Below are positions 18,263 through 30,879 of a stretch of 64,000 bases of DNA, in pieces. The stretch spans positions 1,120,001 to 1,184,000 of the forward strand of contig CAWBOS010000012.1 of assembly GCA_963790475.1 (NCBI GenBank), in the 5' to 3' direction. Position 1 is the first letter of the stretch. Every line of letters begins with the position of its first letter. Under the pieces are notes generated by a model. It worked only from the letters and a program-made list of their open reading frames with translations. It was not told the origin of the DNA and ran no database searches. Made by a program: the position numbers and the translations under genes. This stretch comes from an uncultured delta proteobacterium (lineage in GTDB: Bacteria > Desulfobacterota > RBG-13-43-22).

Positions 18263-20788
18263 CTATTGTAAAACCCCTCGGACAAAACTTCTAATTTCCC
18301 ATCCTTCTTTTTTTAAATCAAAGCAGATCGCCCCTTCCTGCTCAGTTCGAAATATGGCTATCCCCCGTTCCCGATATCGTCGGATGATCTCGGGGTGGGG
18401 GAGGGGAAGACGGAAAGAGGCTCGTCCGGAAATCACCGCATAACGAGGTTGGACCGCTTCGATAAAAGGGATCGTACTCGATGTCAGGCTTCCATGATGG
18501 GGGACCAGGAGGATTTGGGATTTTAGAGAAAGGTTCTTTTTCAGAAGAACCTTTTCCGTCTCTACTTCAATATCCGCCGGCAGAAGTAGTTGCTGGTCTT
18601 TGTACCTTAAATTTATAACTAAAGAATCATTATTCTGGCTATGATAGGACTTCAAAATCGTTTTTTCTCCATAGGAAGATTTCATTGGGGCGTGGAACAC
18701 CTCAACCCACACACCGGAAATCGATCGTGACCAGCCCGGACCGGGGTAGACCACGGGAATTTTCTTTTGTCGAATCAATTCTCCAAAACGCTGGAAGGCT
18801 TCGGAATCAACCTGTTGACCATTAGACCAGATCTCCTTCACCTTGAATTTGGAAAGAATAAACGGCAATCCATTTAAATGATCCGGATGGGGATGGGTGA
18901 GGACCACAACGTCCAGAGCGGTAATTTTCTTATCCCAAAGAAAGGGGGCGACCACACGTTCTCCGAGATCAAATTCGGGATTAAAGGAACCCCCGCCGTC
19001 GACAAGCATTTTCTGACCCCGGGGAAGCTCTATAAGCGTGGAGCTGCCATGACCGACATCTAAAAAGGTGGCTCTGAAAGGCGGTGAAAAGAAATCCCGG
19101 ATCTGGGGGGAGAAGAAGAATAAAAACATTCCTAAACAGGACAGGGAAATCAACCAACCCGGTTTGGGTATTTTACGCCAGTTAAATACCAACACCAGGG
19201 TCAGATAAAAAAAAACGATTTCCCCGTATCCCGGCCGGGGCAAAACCAAAAAAGCCAGCGGCAGGTCGGAAAAAAAAAGGGTCAACCCCAAGGTCCATTG
19301 CAGCAGCAGATTCATAATCCAGAAAAGGGCCGAAGAGAGAGGGGAAAAAATGGGGGCGAAGATCAGGGCCAGGAGGCCGATGGGTGTGGCCAGGATGCCG
19401 CTTAAGGGGACCAGAATAAGGTTACTGATTAGACCGATCAGGGAGACCTGGTGAAACCACCAGGCTACCACCGGAGAGGTGGCCAGTTGACAAACCAGGG
19501 AAACACAAAAAGTACCCCAAAGGTAAAAAGCCCCGCGTCGGATAAGGGAGGTTTTTCCCCAGCTCCAAGCCGAATCAGGATTCAATATCCTGGGGAGCAA
19601 GGTGCCAATGGCCCAGACTGCAAGAAAGGATAATTGAAAGGAAGGCAGAAACAGGGAATCTGGGGACAGCAGCAAGATGATAAGAGCTGCTAGGGCCAGA
19701 CTATTGAGTAAATCAGAATATTTGTTCAGCAGAAGGGCGGTTATGACCATACTCACCATAAAAAAGGCCCGGGCCGCTGAGGGGCTCATCCCGGCCAATA
19801 GAGTATATCCCAAAACAGGGAAAAAAGTGCCGATCAAAGCCCATTTTCGAACATTAATATGCAAGAGGATGGTCTCGGACAGGCTGAATAAAAACCGGAA
19901 CAAATAATAAGACAGACCGCCCACCAGGGTGAGATTCAGGCCGGAGAAGGCCAGGAGGTGAGAGACCCCGGCCTGGCTGAAGGCTTGTTGGATCTCCCGG
20001 GGAATTTTGCTCTGATCCCCCGTCAAAAGGGCCTGGGCCAGGCCATTGAAAGGGGGCGGGCTCCTGGAGTCAATCAAATCGGAAACTTGTTTTCTAAGGA
20101 TGGACAGACACTGCCAGGGCCAGGACCTCTGATTGGGTCCGTTCAGGATCAGAAGTTCAGGATCATCAATAAATCCCGAGACCCGAATTCCTTTTCGGGC
20201 CATCCTCTTTTCAAAGTCAAAGCCACCAGGATTGCGGTAGCCTTCGATCAAACGCAATCGGCAGACAAACCGAATCGGATCTCCCTGATCGAATCCTTTG
20301 ATGAGGCCTTTGATTCCCAGGAGAATTATTCCCTGGGCTGATCGGCTTTGACCTTGGTCCGTATAACCAGTCAGTCGAATAACCAAGCGGGTCCTATCGG
20401 GATAATAAGCCGGTTCCTCCAAAATCACCCCGGACAGATTCTGCAACTGACCGGTTAGCAGAGCAGGGGGGACCTGCGGGGTTGTAGCTTGAGGAGAAAG
20501 GAAAGTCACCAGACTGAGACCGGTCACTATAAAGAAAGCGCATGCGCTCCAGATAGCAGCAGATGGGAAGAAAAGAATAACAACCGGGCTGGCTAATAGA
20601 ATAAAAAGCAGCACCCAGGGAGCAACCGGCAGATTAGAATCGAAGACTTGAGTCCCCAGAATCAGGCCGGTTATCAGGGCCAGGACTAAAGGGATCCCGG
20701 CGCGGGCCAGAAAATGGTTTTGAGGGTTGGTACTTGGATTTTGACTTGGGTTGGGATTTTTTATTTTTGATTTCGGAGTCAGAATCAT
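18263..20788 (-). CDS. comEC: DNA uptake channel ComEC/Rec2
   Basis: HLLAFSGLN, SFQLSF, FLDVGHG, THPHPDH and PHHGS: competence plus metallo-beta-lactamase domains. Confidence 0.95.
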   Translation of the reverse strand: MILTPKSKIKNPNPSQNPSTNPQNHFLARAGIPLVLALITGLILGTQVFDSNLPVAPWVLLFILLASPVVILFFPSAAIWSACAFFIVTGLSLVTFLSPQATTPQVPPALLTGQLQNLSGVILEEPAYYPDRTRLVIRLTGYTDQGQSRSAQGIILLGIKGLIKGFDQGDPIRFVCRLRLIEGYRNPGGFDFEKRMARKGIRVSGFIDDPELLILNGPNQRSWPWQCLSILRKQVSDLIDSRSPPPFNGLAQALLTGDQSKIPREIQQAFSQAGVSHLLAFSGLNLTLVGGLSYYLFRFLFSLSETILLHINVRKWALIGTFFPVLGYTLLAGMSPSAARAFFMVSMVITALLLNKYSDLLNSLALAALIILLLSPDSLFLPSFQLSFLAVWAIGTLLPRILNPDSAWSWGKTSLIRRGAFYLWGTFCVSLVCQLATSPVVAWWFHQVSLIGLISNLILVPLSGILATPIGLLALIFAPIFSPLSSALFWIMNLLLQWTLGLTLFFSDLPLAFLVLPRPGYGEIVFFYLTLVLVFNWRKIPKPGWLISLSCLGMFLFFFSPQIRDFFSPPFRATFLDVGHGSSTLIELPRGQKMLVDGGGSFNPEFDLGERVVAPFLWDKKITALDVVVLTHPHPDHLNGLPFILSKFKVKEIWSNGQQVDSEAFQRFGELIRQKKIPVVYPGPGWSRSISGVWVEVFHAPMKSSYGEKTILKSYHSQNNDSLVINLRYKDQQLLLPADIEVETEKVLLKKNLSLKSQILLVPHHGSLTSSTIPFIEAVQPRYAVISGRASFRLPLPHPEIIRRYRERGIAIFRTEQEGAICFDLKKEGWEIRSFVRGVLQ

Positions 20789-20892
20789 AAGAATTCAATA
20801 TTTCAATTAGATTCTTACTTCTTGGATAGTTCATCCTTCTAAATTATGATTCCCTGATTCCGGCCTCAAAAACATCAAGGTTTGGCTGGTTT

Positions 20893-22155
20893 TTATGCCG
20901 ACTCTTTTATCCGCTCTATCCGCGCACCCAGAGGAAGAAGTTTTTTCTCCAGGCCTTCATATCCCCGGTCCAGATGATAGACCCGTGAGATCTCAGTAAT
21001 ACCACCGGCAGCGAGTCCGGCCACGACCAGAGAGGCACTGGCCCGCAGGTCGGTGGCCATCACCGGGGCCCCCAGGAGGCGGGACACCCCCTTGACTACT
21101 GCTTGATTTCCGGATATTTGAATATCGGCCCCCATCCGCCGCAGCTCGCTGACGTGCATGAAACGATTTTCGAAAATCGTTTCTTTGATTAGACTGGTAT
21201 CCTGGCTGAGGGACATGAGGGCCATGAACTGGGCCTGCATATCCGTTGGAAATCCGGGATAGGGCCGCGTGGTCAGCGAAACACTTTTTATTTTCTGAGG
21301 TCCGTGAACGGTCAACCCTGTTTTTTTCTGGGAAAACTCCAAGCCGGCCTCCCGTAATTTCATCATCACCGTTTCCAGACATGATCCGTCATACCCGGCC
21401 AGCGTGATTTCTCCCCGGGTGATGCCGGCGGCGGTCATATAAGTCGCGGCCTCAATACGATCGGGCATAATCTGATAGGGAGTCGGGTGGAGATGGGAAA
21501 CGCCGCGAATGGTCATGACATCGGTCCCGGCCCCTTCAATCTTGGCCCCCATGGCCAACAGAAAATTAGCCAGGTCCACAACCTCGGGTTCCTTGGCCGC
21601 ATTACCGATGATCGTTTTCCCCTTGGCTAAGCAAGCGGCCATCATCAGGTTTTCTGTCCCCGTTACCGTGGGGATATCAAACACAATTTCAGCCCCCTGT
21701 AATTGGCGGGCTTTGGCTTCCACATAGCCATGTTTCAAGTCGATTCGGGCACCCATCAATTCCAGACCGGTTAAATGCAGATTGATGGGCCTGGCTCCGA
21801 TAGCACATCCCCCGGGTAACGATACCCGGGCCCGGCCGAAGCGGGCCACCAAAGGTCCGAGAACCAGGATGGAGGCCCTCATGGTCCTGACCAGATCGTA
21901 AGGGGCCTCGAATCGATCGATCTTTGAAGCATTGATGCGCAGGGTCGATTCGGGACCTTCTTCAAAGGATGCCCCTAAAAAAGATAACAGTTTTTTTTCG
22001 GTCTGGATATCTCTCAGGGCCGGAAGATTGGATAGGGTAATCCAGCCGTCGGTTAAGAGGGCGGCCGACATAATAGGCAAAGCAGCGTTCTTGGCCCCGG
22101 ACAGGACCACCTTCCCTTTTAAAGGGATTCCTCCCTGAATACGAATTTTATCCAT
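20893..22155 (-). CDS. murA: UDP-N-acetylglucosamine 1-carboxyvinyltransferase
   Basis: [31 protein letters not shown] and DLRA. Confidence 0.98.
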   Translation of the reverse strand: MDKIRIQGGIPLKGKVVLSGAKNAALPIMSAALLTDGWITLSNLPALRDIQTEKKLLSFLGASFEEGPESTLRINASKIDRFEAPYDLVRTMRASILVLGPLVARFGRARVSLPGGCAIGARPINLHLTGLELMGARIDLKHGYVEAKARQLQGAEIVFDIPTVTGTENLMMAACLAKGKTIIGNAAKEPEVVDLANFLLAMGAKIEGAGTDVMTIRGVSHLHPTPYQIMPDRIEAATYMTAAGITRGEITLAGYDGSCLETVMMKLREAGLEFSQKKTGLTVHGPQKIKSVSLTTRPYPGFPTDMQAQFMALMSLSQDTSLIKETIFENRFMHVSELRRMGADIQISGNQAVVKGVSRLLGAPVMATDLRASASLVVAGLAAGGITEISRVYHLDRGYEGLEKKLLPLGARIERIKESA

Positions 22156-23041
22156 GATAACAGGCCTTCAAAACCCGATCCTTCCCGGCATAATCCCGGA
22201 GGATGTTTATTGGATTAAAGTGATGTTCTTGGGCCAGGGTCAGGATCTGTGGTCCCTGGGTTTCTCCGATTTCAAGAAGCAGCCAGCCTCCGGTCTTGAG
22301 CTGTGTCGCTGCTTGATGAAAAATCTGTCGAATGGCCTCCAGACCATCTAAACCGCCTGAAAGGGCCTTGACCGGTTCATATCCTTTCACGGTATCCGGC
22401 AGGGAAAACATTTCAGTTTCCGAAATATAAGGGGGATTGGACACCAATAGATCGATCCACCTCGAATGGGAAGAAAAAGGCTTTAACCAGTCTCCCTGAA
22501 CAAAGTGAATTTTCCTCTCCACCCCATGAAAGGCGGCATTTTTTTGAGCGGTTCTCAGTGCCTCCCGGGAGAGGTCAGTAGCTATGAGTCTTGTTGTGTT
22601 TAGAGGTGTTAGAGACTTGGACAAGGCGATGGAAATAGCCCCGGAGCCGGTCCCCAGTTCAACCAGGGTCATGGGTTCTGTTCGGGTTGAAACGATACTT
22701 AATGTCTCCTCAACCAGCATTTCAGTTTCCGGTCGAGGGATCAGCACCTTCGGGTTAACTTCAAAATTCAGAGACCAGAATTCCTTGTGACCGGTCAGAT
22801 AAGCAATCGGTTCATGTCCGGCCCTTCGAAGGACTTTTTCTTGAAAAATAACCCCTTCTTTTTCATCCAGGAATTGATCGGAGTGGATGATCAATCCCGG
22901 ACGATCGAGACCTACGACTGCTCCGAGCAGTAATTCCGCGCTTAGGCGGGGATCGGGGAGACCCTCAGCCTGCAAGCAGGATCCGGCCCAGGCCAGGGCT
23001 TGTTGGACGGTACATGGTATGGGGTTTAAGGTGTCCGGCAT
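22148..23041 (-). CDS. prmC: Release factor glutamine methyltransferase
   Basis: [15 protein letters not shown] and SNPPY; follows prfA. Confidence 0.96.
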   Translation of the reverse strand: MPDTLNPIPCTVQQALAWAGSCLQAEGLPDPRLSAELLLGAVVGLDRPGLIIHSDQFLDEKEGVIFQEKVLRRAGHEPIAYLTGHKEFWSLNFEVNPKVLIPRPETEMLVEETLSIVSTRTEPMTLVELGTGSGAISIALSKSLTPLNTTRLIATDLSREALRTAQKNAAFHGVERKIHFVQGDWLKPFSSHSRWIDLLVSNPPYISETEMFSLPDTVKGYEPVKALSGGLDGLEAIRQIFHQAATQLKTGGWLLLEIGETQGPQILTLAQEHHFNPINILRDYAGKDRVLKACYHG

Positions 23042-23110
23042 AGGTTTTTCCTTGAACCTCCTGCCCCTGCATGCCTGCAGGCGCAGGCCCTAAACCTTTT
23101 CACCGGGTTA

Positions 23111-24181
23111 TCAATTATCCCCGGCTTTAAGTTGTTCGGCTTGATAGTGCGTTGTCAAAGGATCGATAACCTCGGCAAGGTTGCCTTCCATAATCGTATC
23201 CAATTGATAAAGGGTCAAACCGATTCGGTGATCCGTCAGTCGGTTCTGGGGGAAATTATATGTTCGGATCCGTTCACTGCGATCGCCGCTGCCGACCTGA
23301 CTTTTTCGATCCTCGGAAATTTTATCCTGTTGTTCTTTGACTTTGAGGTCCAGCAAACGGGCCCTCAGGACTTTTAAGGCCTTGGCCTTGTTTTTATGCT
23401 GGGATTTTTCGTCCTGGCAGGAGACCACCAGTCCGGTCGGCAGGTGAGTGACGCGTATGGCCGAATCGGTGGTATTGACACTTTGCCCGCCAGGCCCGGA
23501 AGAACGGAAAACATCTACCCGGATTTCTTCGGGATCGATGACGATATCCACTTCCTCGGCCTCAGGGAGTACGGCCACCGTGACCGCCGAGGTATGGAGA
23601 CGGCCTTGCGCTTCCGTGGCCGGAACCCGCTGAACCCGGTGGACACCGCTTTCATATTTGAGTTTGCTGTAGGCCCCTTTTCCTTCGATCAGGGCTATGA
23701 TTTCCTTGTAACCTCCCATACCGGTCGGATGCTCGCCCATGATCTCCACTTTCCAGCCCATGGCCTCGGCCAGCTTGGAGTACATGCGAAAAAGATCGGC
23801 GGCAAACAGAGCGGCCTCCTCTCCTCCGGTGCCGGCCCGGATTTCGAGAAAAGTGTTTTTCTCATCATTGGGATTTTTTGGCAAAAGGAGTACCCTGATT
23901 TCTTCCTCGATCTGGGAAATTTCCTCTTTCAGAATTTCAATCTCGATCTTGGCCAGCTCTCTCATCTGGGGATCGGCATCTTCCAGAAGTTCATTGTTTT
24001 CTGATAATTGTTCGGAGAGAGATTTGTAGCGGCGATACTTGGCCATTAAGGGGGCCAAGCTGGAATGCTCTTTGGCCAGCTTTTGATAGGCTAAGGGGTT
24101 TCTGTGGACTTCGGAATCACTGAGTGATTTCTCCAATTTCAGAAAACGGTTCTCCACTTCTTCCAGTTTTTTTAAAAGCAT
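23111..24181 (-). CDS. prfA: Peptide chain release factor 1
   Basis: GGQ motif, PAT recognition loop and [16 protein letters not shown]. Confidence 0.98.
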   Translation of the reverse strand: MLLKKLEEVENRFLKLEKSLSDSEVHRNPLAYQKLAKEHSSLAPLMAKYRRYKSLSEQLSENNELLEDADPQMRELAKIEIEILKEEISQIEEEIRVLLLPKNPNDEKNTFLEIRAGTGGEEAALFAADLFRMYSKLAEAMGWKVEIMGEHPTGMGGYKEIIALIEGKGAYSKLKYESGVHRVQRVPATEAQGRLHTSAVTVAVLPEAEEVDIVIDPEEIRVDVFRSSGPGGQSVNTTDSAIRVTHLPTGLVVSCQDEKSQHKNKAKALKVLRARLLDLKVKEQQDKISEDRKSQVGSGDRSERIRTYNFPQNRLTDHRIGLTLYQLDTIMEGNLAEVIDPLTTHYQAEQLKAGDN

Positions 24182-24189
24182 AATCGGAC

Positions 24190-25128
24190 TTAAATAACCT
24201 TTGATTCGGAAAGTCGGCCTTCAAGAGTTAGAACCCGGTTCAGAGCGGACAAGGCTACTTCGATTTGGTCTTCGGTGGGTTCCTGGGTGGTCAGTCGTTG
24301 AATCCACAACCCGGGAAGGATAACGATGCGCATCCAGGGGAGATGGGTTTTCTTGCTGGAATATTTAATTGCCTCATAGGCCAGACCGGTAATGGGAATC
24401 ATCAACACGATCTTGAAGACGACATACAACCCATTCCGGGACCAGGAACTCAGAGAAGGCATCTTAGGCAAAAAAGGAAAAAGGATGGAGAAAAAAAGAA
24501 TACTGATGACCAGGAGCAGCAGGATAAAGGAAGTCCCGCAGCGGGGATGCAGCGTGGAGTGCCCTTTGGCGTTTTCCACGGTCAATTCCTGACCGGCCTC
24601 GTAGGTGAAAATCGATTTGTGTTCCGCTCCATGATATTGAAAGACCCGTCGAATATCTTTGAAACGGGAGATGATCCAGATATAAGCAATAAAGAAAAAA
24701 ACTTTGACCGCCCCGTCCAGGAGATGAAAAGAGAAAGAATCGACTCCGAAATGGAAGGAAGTCAGCCCGCCCAGATAGGCACTGATCCAATGGGGCAAGG
24801 CGACAAATAATCCCAATCCCAACAGGATGGCCATAGATAAAGTGCCCAACATGGCTACCCAGCCAATCTCCTTGGATTCTTTTTCCTCGGTCATGGCTTG
24901 ATTGGCTGAAAAATTTAAGGCCTGAATTCCCTGAATCAGGGTTTCCAGCAGGATCAGCGTTCCCCGTAACACCGGCCACTTTAGAAATGGAAAACGGTCT
25001 GACCAGGGGTGAAGGATATCCTCTTTAGTCACCATTTCCCCATTCGGCCGCCGAACTACGACGGCCAGGGATTTGGGAGCCTTCATCATCACCCCTTCAA
25101 TAACCGCTTGACCACCTACTTGAATCAA
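24190..25128 (-). CDS. DUF1385 membrane protein
   Basis: [18 protein letters not shown] and HPRCGTSF; usual position between rpmE and prfA. Confidence 0.92.
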   Translation of the reverse strand: MIQVGGQAVIEGVMMKAPKSLAVVVRRPNGEMVTKEDILHPWSDRFPFLKWPVLRGTLILLETLIQGIQALNFSANQAMTEEKESKEIGWVAMLGTLSMAILLGLGLFVALPHWISAYLGGLTSFHFGVDSFSFHLLDGAVKVFFFIAYIWIISRFKDIRRVFQYHGAEHKSIFTYEAGQELTVENAKGHSTLHPRCGTSFILLLLVISILFFSILFPFLPKMPSLSSWSRNGLYVVFKIVLMIPITGLAYEAIKYSSKKTHLPWMRIVILPGLWIQRLTTQEPTEDQIEVALSALNRVLTLEGRLSESKVI

Positions 25129-25364
25129 ACCTGGGTTTCCTTCTCCGAAGCGGTTTTTTTGTTGTTCACTTTGCTGTATTTCTTCTGGAAACGCTCGATC
25201 CTTCCGGCCGAATCCATTATTTTTTGTTTCCCGGTGAAAAATGGATGGCACTGGGAACAAATTTCTACCCGGATGTCCTTCCGGGTGGAACCGGTGGGGA
25301 TTTCATTCCCACAGGCACAGCGAATCGTCGTTTGATAGTATGCCGGATGAATTTTTTCTTTCAT
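25125..25364 (-). CDS. rpmE: 50S ribosomal protein L31 (Zn-binding type)
   Basis: IHPAY, CACG and [10 protein letters not shown]. Confidence 0.97.
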   Translation of the reverse strand: MKEKIHPAYYQTTIRCACGNEIPTGSTRKDIRVEICSQCHPFFTGKQKIMDSAGRIERFQKKYSKVNNKKTASEKETQV

Positions 25365-25376
25365 AATAATAACTCC

Positions 25377-26627
25377 TTATTTATTCATTAAGCTTAAAAA
25401 ATCAGCGTTATCCTTGGTCCCATCCATCTTTTCCAGGAGAAACTCCATACTGTCCACTACGGTCAGAGGGGCCAACAATTTTCTTAGAATCCAAACCTTA
25501 TTCAGTTCGTCAGTATTTAACAACAGCTCTTCTTTGCGGGTCCCGGAACGGTTTATGTCTATGGCCGGGAATATCCGTTTGTCGCTCAGTTTGCGATCCA
25601 GATGGATTTCCATATTGCCGGTACCCTTAAATTCTTCGAAGATGACCTCGTCCATCCGGCTGCCGGTATCCACCAGGGCCGTCGCGATAATGGTCAGACT
25701 GCCACCCTCTTCGATGTTTCGTGCGGCCCCGAAAAAACGTTTGGGACGATGGAGGGCATTGGAATCCACTCCGCCGGAGAGGATCTTGCCGCTGGGAGGC
25801 ACCACGGTATTATAAGCCCTGGCCAGACGGGTAATACTGTCTAAGAGGATGACCACATCCCTTTGGTGTTCCACCAGCCGTTTGGCCTTTTCAATGACCA
25901 TTTCGGCTACCTGGATATGCCGCTGGGCCGGTTCATCAAAAGTCGAGCTGATGACCTCGGCTTTGACTGATCGTTGCATGTCGGTAACTTCTTCAGGGCG
26001 TTCGTCGATAAGCAGGACGATCAAAATGATATCCTTGAAATTTCGAGAGATGCTGTTGGCGATGTTCTGAAGCAGCATGGTCTTGCCAGTCCGGGGAGGG
26101 GAGACGATCAGACCCCTTTGACCTTTGCCGATGGGGGTTAATAAATCCATAACCCGAATCGAGTAATTGGTCGGGTCATCGGTCTCCAACTGGATCCGTT
26201 CGTCGGGATAAAGGGGAGTCAAATTGTCGAATAAGATTTTATCCCGGGAGACTTCCGGATCTTCAAAATTAACCGACTCCACTTTCAGGAGGGCAAAATA
26301 TCGTTCGTTATCTTTGGGAGACCTGATCTGTCCGGAGGTGGTATCGCCGGTCCGCAAATTAAATCTCCGGATTTGAGACGGGGAGACATAAATATCATCC
26401 GGTCCGGGAAGATAGTTGTAATCCGGGGCCCTTAAAAAACCAAATCCATCGGGCAGGATTTCCAGTACCCCTTCCCCGTAAATCAGGCCGTTTTTTTCCG
26501 TTTGGGCTTGAAGCAGGGCAAAAATAAGTTCCTGTTTCCTCATCCCGCTGGCCCCTTCGATATTAAATTCTTTCCCCATCTGGGTTAGTTCACTGATCTT
26601 CTTCTGCTTAAGTTCGGCTAAATTCAT
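25377..26627 (-). CDS. rho: Transcription termination factor Rho
   Basis: [27 protein letters not shown] and FKGTGNME. Confidence 0.99.
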   Translation of the reverse strand: MNLAELKQKKISELTQMGKEFNIEGASGMRKQELIFALLQAQTEKNGLIYGEGVLEILPDGFGFLRAPDYNYLPGPDDIYVSPSQIRRFNLRTGDTTSGQIRSPKDNERYFALLKVESVNFEDPEVSRDKILFDNLTPLYPDERIQLETDDPTNYSIRVMDLLTPIGKGQRGLIVSPPRTGKTMLLQNIANSISRNFKDIILIVLLIDERPEEVTDMQRSVKAEVISSTFDEPAQRHIQVAEMVIEKAKRLVEHQRDVVILLDSITRLARAYNTVVPPSGKILSGGVDSNALHRPKRFFGAARNIEEGGSLTIIATALVDTGSRMDEVIFEEFKGTGNMEIHLDRKLSDKRIFPAIDINRSGTRKEELLLNTDELNKVWILRKLLAPLTVVDSMEFLLEKMDGTKDNADFLSLMNK

Positions 26628-26886
26628 AGTGTCCTCAATGGTTCTCCTCTACTAAACTTAAAGATGGTCTTTTGGAGAATAGGCCCTTTTATATCCAATG
26701 ATTAAAAGGCTTATAAGCTAACGATTATGCTTGACTAAAAATCACTTTATTGATCTTAGATCTTATGAGATAGCAATGAGAAATGATGATGATTTTGGAA
26801 TCTGTCGGTTTCTTTTTGGATTTATACCCTTGCCAGGCAGGAATTGGTACTTTCTTGGGGCACCATGATCTCCCTTAGTTTGCAAA

Positions 26887-26915
26887 AATCTAAAGCAAAA
26901 CTACAAGAATGTCAA
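26887..26915 (-). promoter_or_regulatory. Sigma70 promoter for rho, implying a ~250-nt leader
   Basis: TTGACA-17 nt-TAGATT on the minus strand. Confidence 0.6.
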
Positions 26916-26922
26916 GTATTTT

Positions 26923-27906
26923 TTATGTTTTTTTACGGGCGATTTGAGCATTGCCCGAATCGGTTCGTAAGTAATGGATGAGGTCTTCCATATCTTTGGG
27001 AATCGTCGATGAAAAATCTAAGCGATTCCTTTTGGTTGGATGAAAGAAAGAAAGACGGTAGGCATGAAGCAGTTGACGCGAGATCTCTTTTGGACCTTCA
27101 ATCGCCTTTGCTTTATCTTGGATTATGATATTCTTTTTCCCACCGTACAGAGGATCTCCAACCACCGGCCATCCTTGAGAGGAAAGGTGAACACGAATCT
27201 GATGGGTCCTTCCGGTTTTTAAAACCAGATTCAGCCAGGTGATTCCCTGGGAGAATCTTTCGATGACTTGCCATTCGGTCACAGCCGGTTTACCCTGGAT
27301 CGTATTAATGGCCATCTTTTTTCGCTGCACCGGATGACGGCCGATTGGTTTTTCAATCCTTCCCTGGCTTTTTAGTGGAAGCCCCCAAATCAAGGCCTGA
27401 TATTCCTTAATCACCTTTCCGGTTTGGAATTGGTGGATCAGTCTCTGATGTGAAATATCATTCTTGGCTACGACCATCAATCCAGAGGTGTCTTTATCCA
27501 AGCGGTGGACGATCCCGGGCCGGAGAACCCCTCCAATTCCTGAAAGATCGAGGCAGTGAAAAAGCAGGGCATGGACCAGGGTCCCGGAATAATTACCCGG
27601 TGCCGGATGGACCACCAATCCGGCGGGTTTGTCTAATACCAACAGGTCTTGATCTTCGTAGAGAATAGACAAAGGGATGTTTTCCGGGGTCAGAGATAAG
27701 GGAACGGGCTCTTCGGGAAAGAGTTCCAGGAAATCTCCGGTTTTTAAACGATAACTGCTTTTCGCAGGCTCTCCATTGACCGAGATTCGTCCGTCATCGA
27801 TCCATTTTTTGATCTGTGAACGGGAATAAGGGACTTCCTTTTCCACAAGAAAAAGATCTAATCGTTTATGAAGATCCGGGGCTTGAGCTTTGAATTCGTA
27901 CCGCAC
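26923..27906 (-). CDS. RluA-family pseudouridine synthase (RluD-like)
   Basis: S4 domain, HRLDKDTSG and TGRTHQIRVH. Confidence 0.93.
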   Translation of the reverse strand: MRYEFKAQAPDLHKRLDLFLVEKEVPYSRSQIKKWIDDGRISVNGEPAKSSYRLKTGDFLELFPEEPVPLSLTPENIPLSILYEDQDLLVLDKPAGLVVHPAPGNYSGTLVHALLFHCLDLSGIGGVLRPGIVHRLDKDTSGLMVVAKNDISHQRLIHQFQTGKVIKEYQALIWGLPLKSQGRIEKPIGRHPVQRKKMAINTIQGKPAVTEWQVIERFSQGITWLNLVLKTGRTHQIRVHLSSQGWPVVGDPLYGGKKNIIIQDKAKAIEGPKEISRQLLHAYRLSFFHPTKRNRLDFSSTIPKDMEDLIHYLRTDSGNAQIARKKT

Positions 27907-27980
27907 ACTTGATGACTTTGATGACCTTGGAGGTTGGATACCAGATAAGGGTCATCCGGTATCCAGTATCAGATTATTAT

Positions 27981-28985
27981 CTAACCATTCTTAATTTCAG
28001 TAAAAATCATCCGCCCTGTCCCTGTTTGCAAGACACTGGTAACGACAACCTCGATGGTTTTGCCGATATGCCGCCTGGCATTTTCAACTACTACCATAGT
28101 TCCATCGTCCATATAAGCGATGCCTTGTCCCGAAGTTTTTCCTTCCCGGATGATTTGGACGGTTAAGACTTCTCCGGATAATACGGCCGGCTTCAGGGCA
28201 TTGGCCAGCTTGTTCAGATTCAGGCATTTAACTCCCCGTAATTCAGCCACCTTGTTCAGATTGAAATCATTGGTAATGATCGTTCCATTCAGCTCCAGGG
28301 CCAAGTCCACCAGTTTGGCATCCACATTGTCTTTGGGAGGATTCTGATCCAGGATGATGACTTCTTGTTCTTTTTGTTTCTGGATCTTTTCAATGACATC
28401 CAAACCTCTTCGTCCCCGGATCTTTTTCAAAGGATCATTGGAGTCGGCAATATGGTGCAATTCCTGGAGGATAAATTGGGGGATAATCAAAGTCCCTTCT
28501 ATAAAGCCGGTTTCACAGATATCGGCAATACGGCCGTCAATGATGACACTGGTATCCAGCAAGTAGCGGGACCGGTTTTTAGAAAGGGGTGCAGGAATCA
28601 GGGCTGAGTTGGCGAACTTCCCGATTTCTTCCGCTTTGCTTCCGCCCAAAGTCAATCCCAGATATCCCAGAATGACGCTTAAAAAGACCAATATCAAATA
28701 GTGGAGAAAGGCATCGTTTCTAAAACAATCAAAGGGAAACATTAAAAGGCGAGCTACCAGTAAACCCAAAACCAGGCCGGTGACCCCTCCCAAAGAACGG
28801 CGAAGGGGGGCCTTTTTTATTTGTTTTTCAGCTACCAAGATAATCGCAGATAAAATTAGACCGCCGAAGGCCCCCAGAAAACGGAGCCAGGGGATATCCT
28901 GAGTTCCCTTAAAATGACCGGTGATAAGATAGCCACCCAGCAAACAAATAACGATTAAAATTGCTTTTAGTAAGAATTGGCCCAT
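27981..28985 (-). CDS. Membrane PIN/TRAM-domain protein (YacL-like)
   Basis: N-terminal TM helices, LLDTSVIIDGRI, TNDFNLNKVA and DDGTMVVV; follows carD. Confidence 0.93.
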   Translation of the reverse strand: MGQFLLKAILIVICLLGGYLITGHFKGTQDIPWLRFLGAFGGLILSAIILVAEKQIKKAPLRRSLGGVTGLVLGLLVARLLMFPFDCFRNDAFLHYLILVFLSVILGYLGLTLGGSKAEEIGKFANSALIPAPLSKNRSRYLLDTSVIIDGRIADICETGFIEGTLIIPQFILQELHHIADSNDPLKKIRGRRGLDVIEKIQKQKEQEVIILDQNPPKDNVDAKLVDLALELNGTIITNDFNLNKVAELRGVKCLNLNKLANALKPAVLSGEVLTVQIIREGKTSGQGIAYMDDGTMVVVENARRHIGKTIEVVVTSVLQTGTGRMIFTEIKNG

Positions 28986-29320
28986 TTTTTTCACCCCCTT
29001 TCAATTGGCTATCGCGAAATAAAAGCAGATTTCCCTTCCTTGGAGACTTTGTCGCAATCTATTTTCGTAATTATAAACGGTCCAGGAAACATGTAATTTC
29101 TTTATTTTTAAACATTTTTAGATTGCCTGGGTCGTTTTATAACCTTAACAAGGCCATTGCGGCGCTGTTTCCCGGGCAAGAAGAAAAACAAGTGGTGATT
29201 TTTAAGACTTAAAACAATAGGCCGGTCAGGAATAAAAGAATTCCTTTGAATTCAGCCGGGTGAAGGACCAAAGCAGTAATTTGGAAATTTAACGAAAACT
29301 TAAGAAGACTCTTGACTTTT

Positions 29321-29809
29321 TCAACTTTTAAAGATTCGTCTAATATTTTCCTCCACCTTGGTCTCTTCCATTTTTTTAGCTATGGAAATTTCCTTAACTA
29401 AAAGGCCCTTGGCAGTGTCAAGCATTTTCCGCTCACCAAAAGAAAGCTCCTTCTCCAATTTCAATAAAAACAGATCGCGCAGGACTTGGGCCACTTCATA
29501 GACCGAACCGGTTTTGATTTTTTCCATATACTCACGGTATCGCCGGTTCCAGCTCTGATTGTCAAATTCGACATCTTTTTCTTTTAAGATCTTAAATATT
29601 TTTGAGACCTCCTCCTCCTTAATGATCTCCCTGAGTCCGACATTGTTGGCATTACTGATCGGGATCATGATAATCATATTGTTTTCCAAAATTCGCATAA
29701 TGTAAAAATTTTGTGAAGAACCGTAAAGGTTACGAGCTTCTATGGATTCTATCCGACCAACCCCATGGGCTGGATAAACCGCCAAATCCCCCACCTTAAA
29801 TATCATCAT
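29321..29809 (-). CDS. carD: CarD-family transcription factor
   Basis: FKVGDLAVYPAHGVG, WNRRYRE and LSFGERKML. Confidence 0.95.
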   Translation of the reverse strand: MMIFKVGDLAVYPAHGVGRIESIEARNLYGSSQNFYIMRILENNMIIMIPISNANNVGLREIIKEEEVSKIFKILKEKDVEFDNQSWNRRYREYMEKIKTGSVYEVAQVLRDLFLLKLEKELSFGERKMLDTAKGLLVKEISIAKKMEETKVEENIRRIFKS

Positions 29810-30188
29810 GGGGCAACCTCCTGGCTTATATTTTTTTAACATTATAATTATATCATCTATCTCCCGAAAACCCAACAGAAAAATATTAATAATATATCTA
29901 ATAGGAATTTATTGGTAAGAAGGTCATTTTTCTGGGATCTCTCTTCGACCGGTTGCAAAGCCACCACCGCCAGGATGGCGGCTCATCTCCTATAGAATTT
30001 TTATCCATAAGATATTATGCTAACCAATTTTTCCATTTTCATCCTTGACCCTCTCCCACTTCCTTTCTATAATCTTCCTGCATTGAACTTTTAGTTGAAA
30101 TGGGCTATATTGAAGATATTTAGATCTCGGACTGAATTCCTCGAAAACCCTTCTTTGGGGTTAACGTTAATGTTCAGAGAGGATTAAA

Positions 30189-30629
30189 GTGAAAATTTCA
30201 ACCAAAATTCGTTATGGAGTAAGAGCCCTTTGCGACATTGCCTATTCCTCAGCAGAAGCTCCTTCCCAAATTAAAGTAATTTCAACAAGACAAGGTATTT
30301 CAGCAAGATATCTTGAACAAATTTTCAAGAAATTCAGGAAGGCCGGGATCATCAAAAGCGTGCGGGGACCATTTGGAGGGTACTTACTTGCCAAAAAACC
30401 AAAAGAAATAACGGTTGGGGATATCATTAGAGCCATCGATGAGCAAGATATTGAGCTTGTTTTTTGTTCAGGGATTAAAAAAACCTCAAAAAAACCGTGT
30501 AAGCGGATAGGAAAATGTGTCGTCTCCGATATCTGGGATGAGGCCTCAAAGAAATTAATGGACTACTTTAATTCTATTACAATTAATCAAATTTGTGCGG
30601 TAGCGAAGAAACGGGGGATAGGAATCTGA
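30189..30629 (+). CDS. Rrf2-family regulator with three C-terminal Cys (Fe-S type)
   Basis: RYGVRAL, YLEQIF, SVRGPFGGY, and Cys residues in FCSG...PCKRIGKC. Confidence 0.92.
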   Translation: MKISTKIRYGVRALCDIAYSSAEAPSQIKVISTRQGISARYLEQIFKKFRKAGIIKSVRGPFGGYLLAKKPKEITVGDIIRAIDEQDIELVFCSGIKKTSKKPCKRIGKCVVSDIWDEASKKLMDYFNSITINQICAVAKKRGIGI

Positions 30630-30879
30630 GGATTTCTTCCATGATTCATCTCCTTTTTTTGTTATAACATCTCAGTTATTATTATTTGCTCCTGATTTTT
30701 ACCAGCCTTTTACTTAACCTTATAAATTAATTAATTATATTCGGATAGTTGATAACTGGGTTTTTCATTCATCAACAAATCAATGGGTCCGGCCCCGACC
30801 CGGGGGAGGGATGAATCCCAGTGACTCCACCTTTCTTGAAGCTCTATTAACGAAATTCAGGGAATCGTCTTCAATTAGC

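Noticed and set aside
29930-29995. GC-rich hairpin between carD and the Rrf2 gene as a riboswitch or ncRNA
   Set aside because: Only one short stem (CCGCCA-gga-TGGCGG) and no recognisable aptamer consensus.
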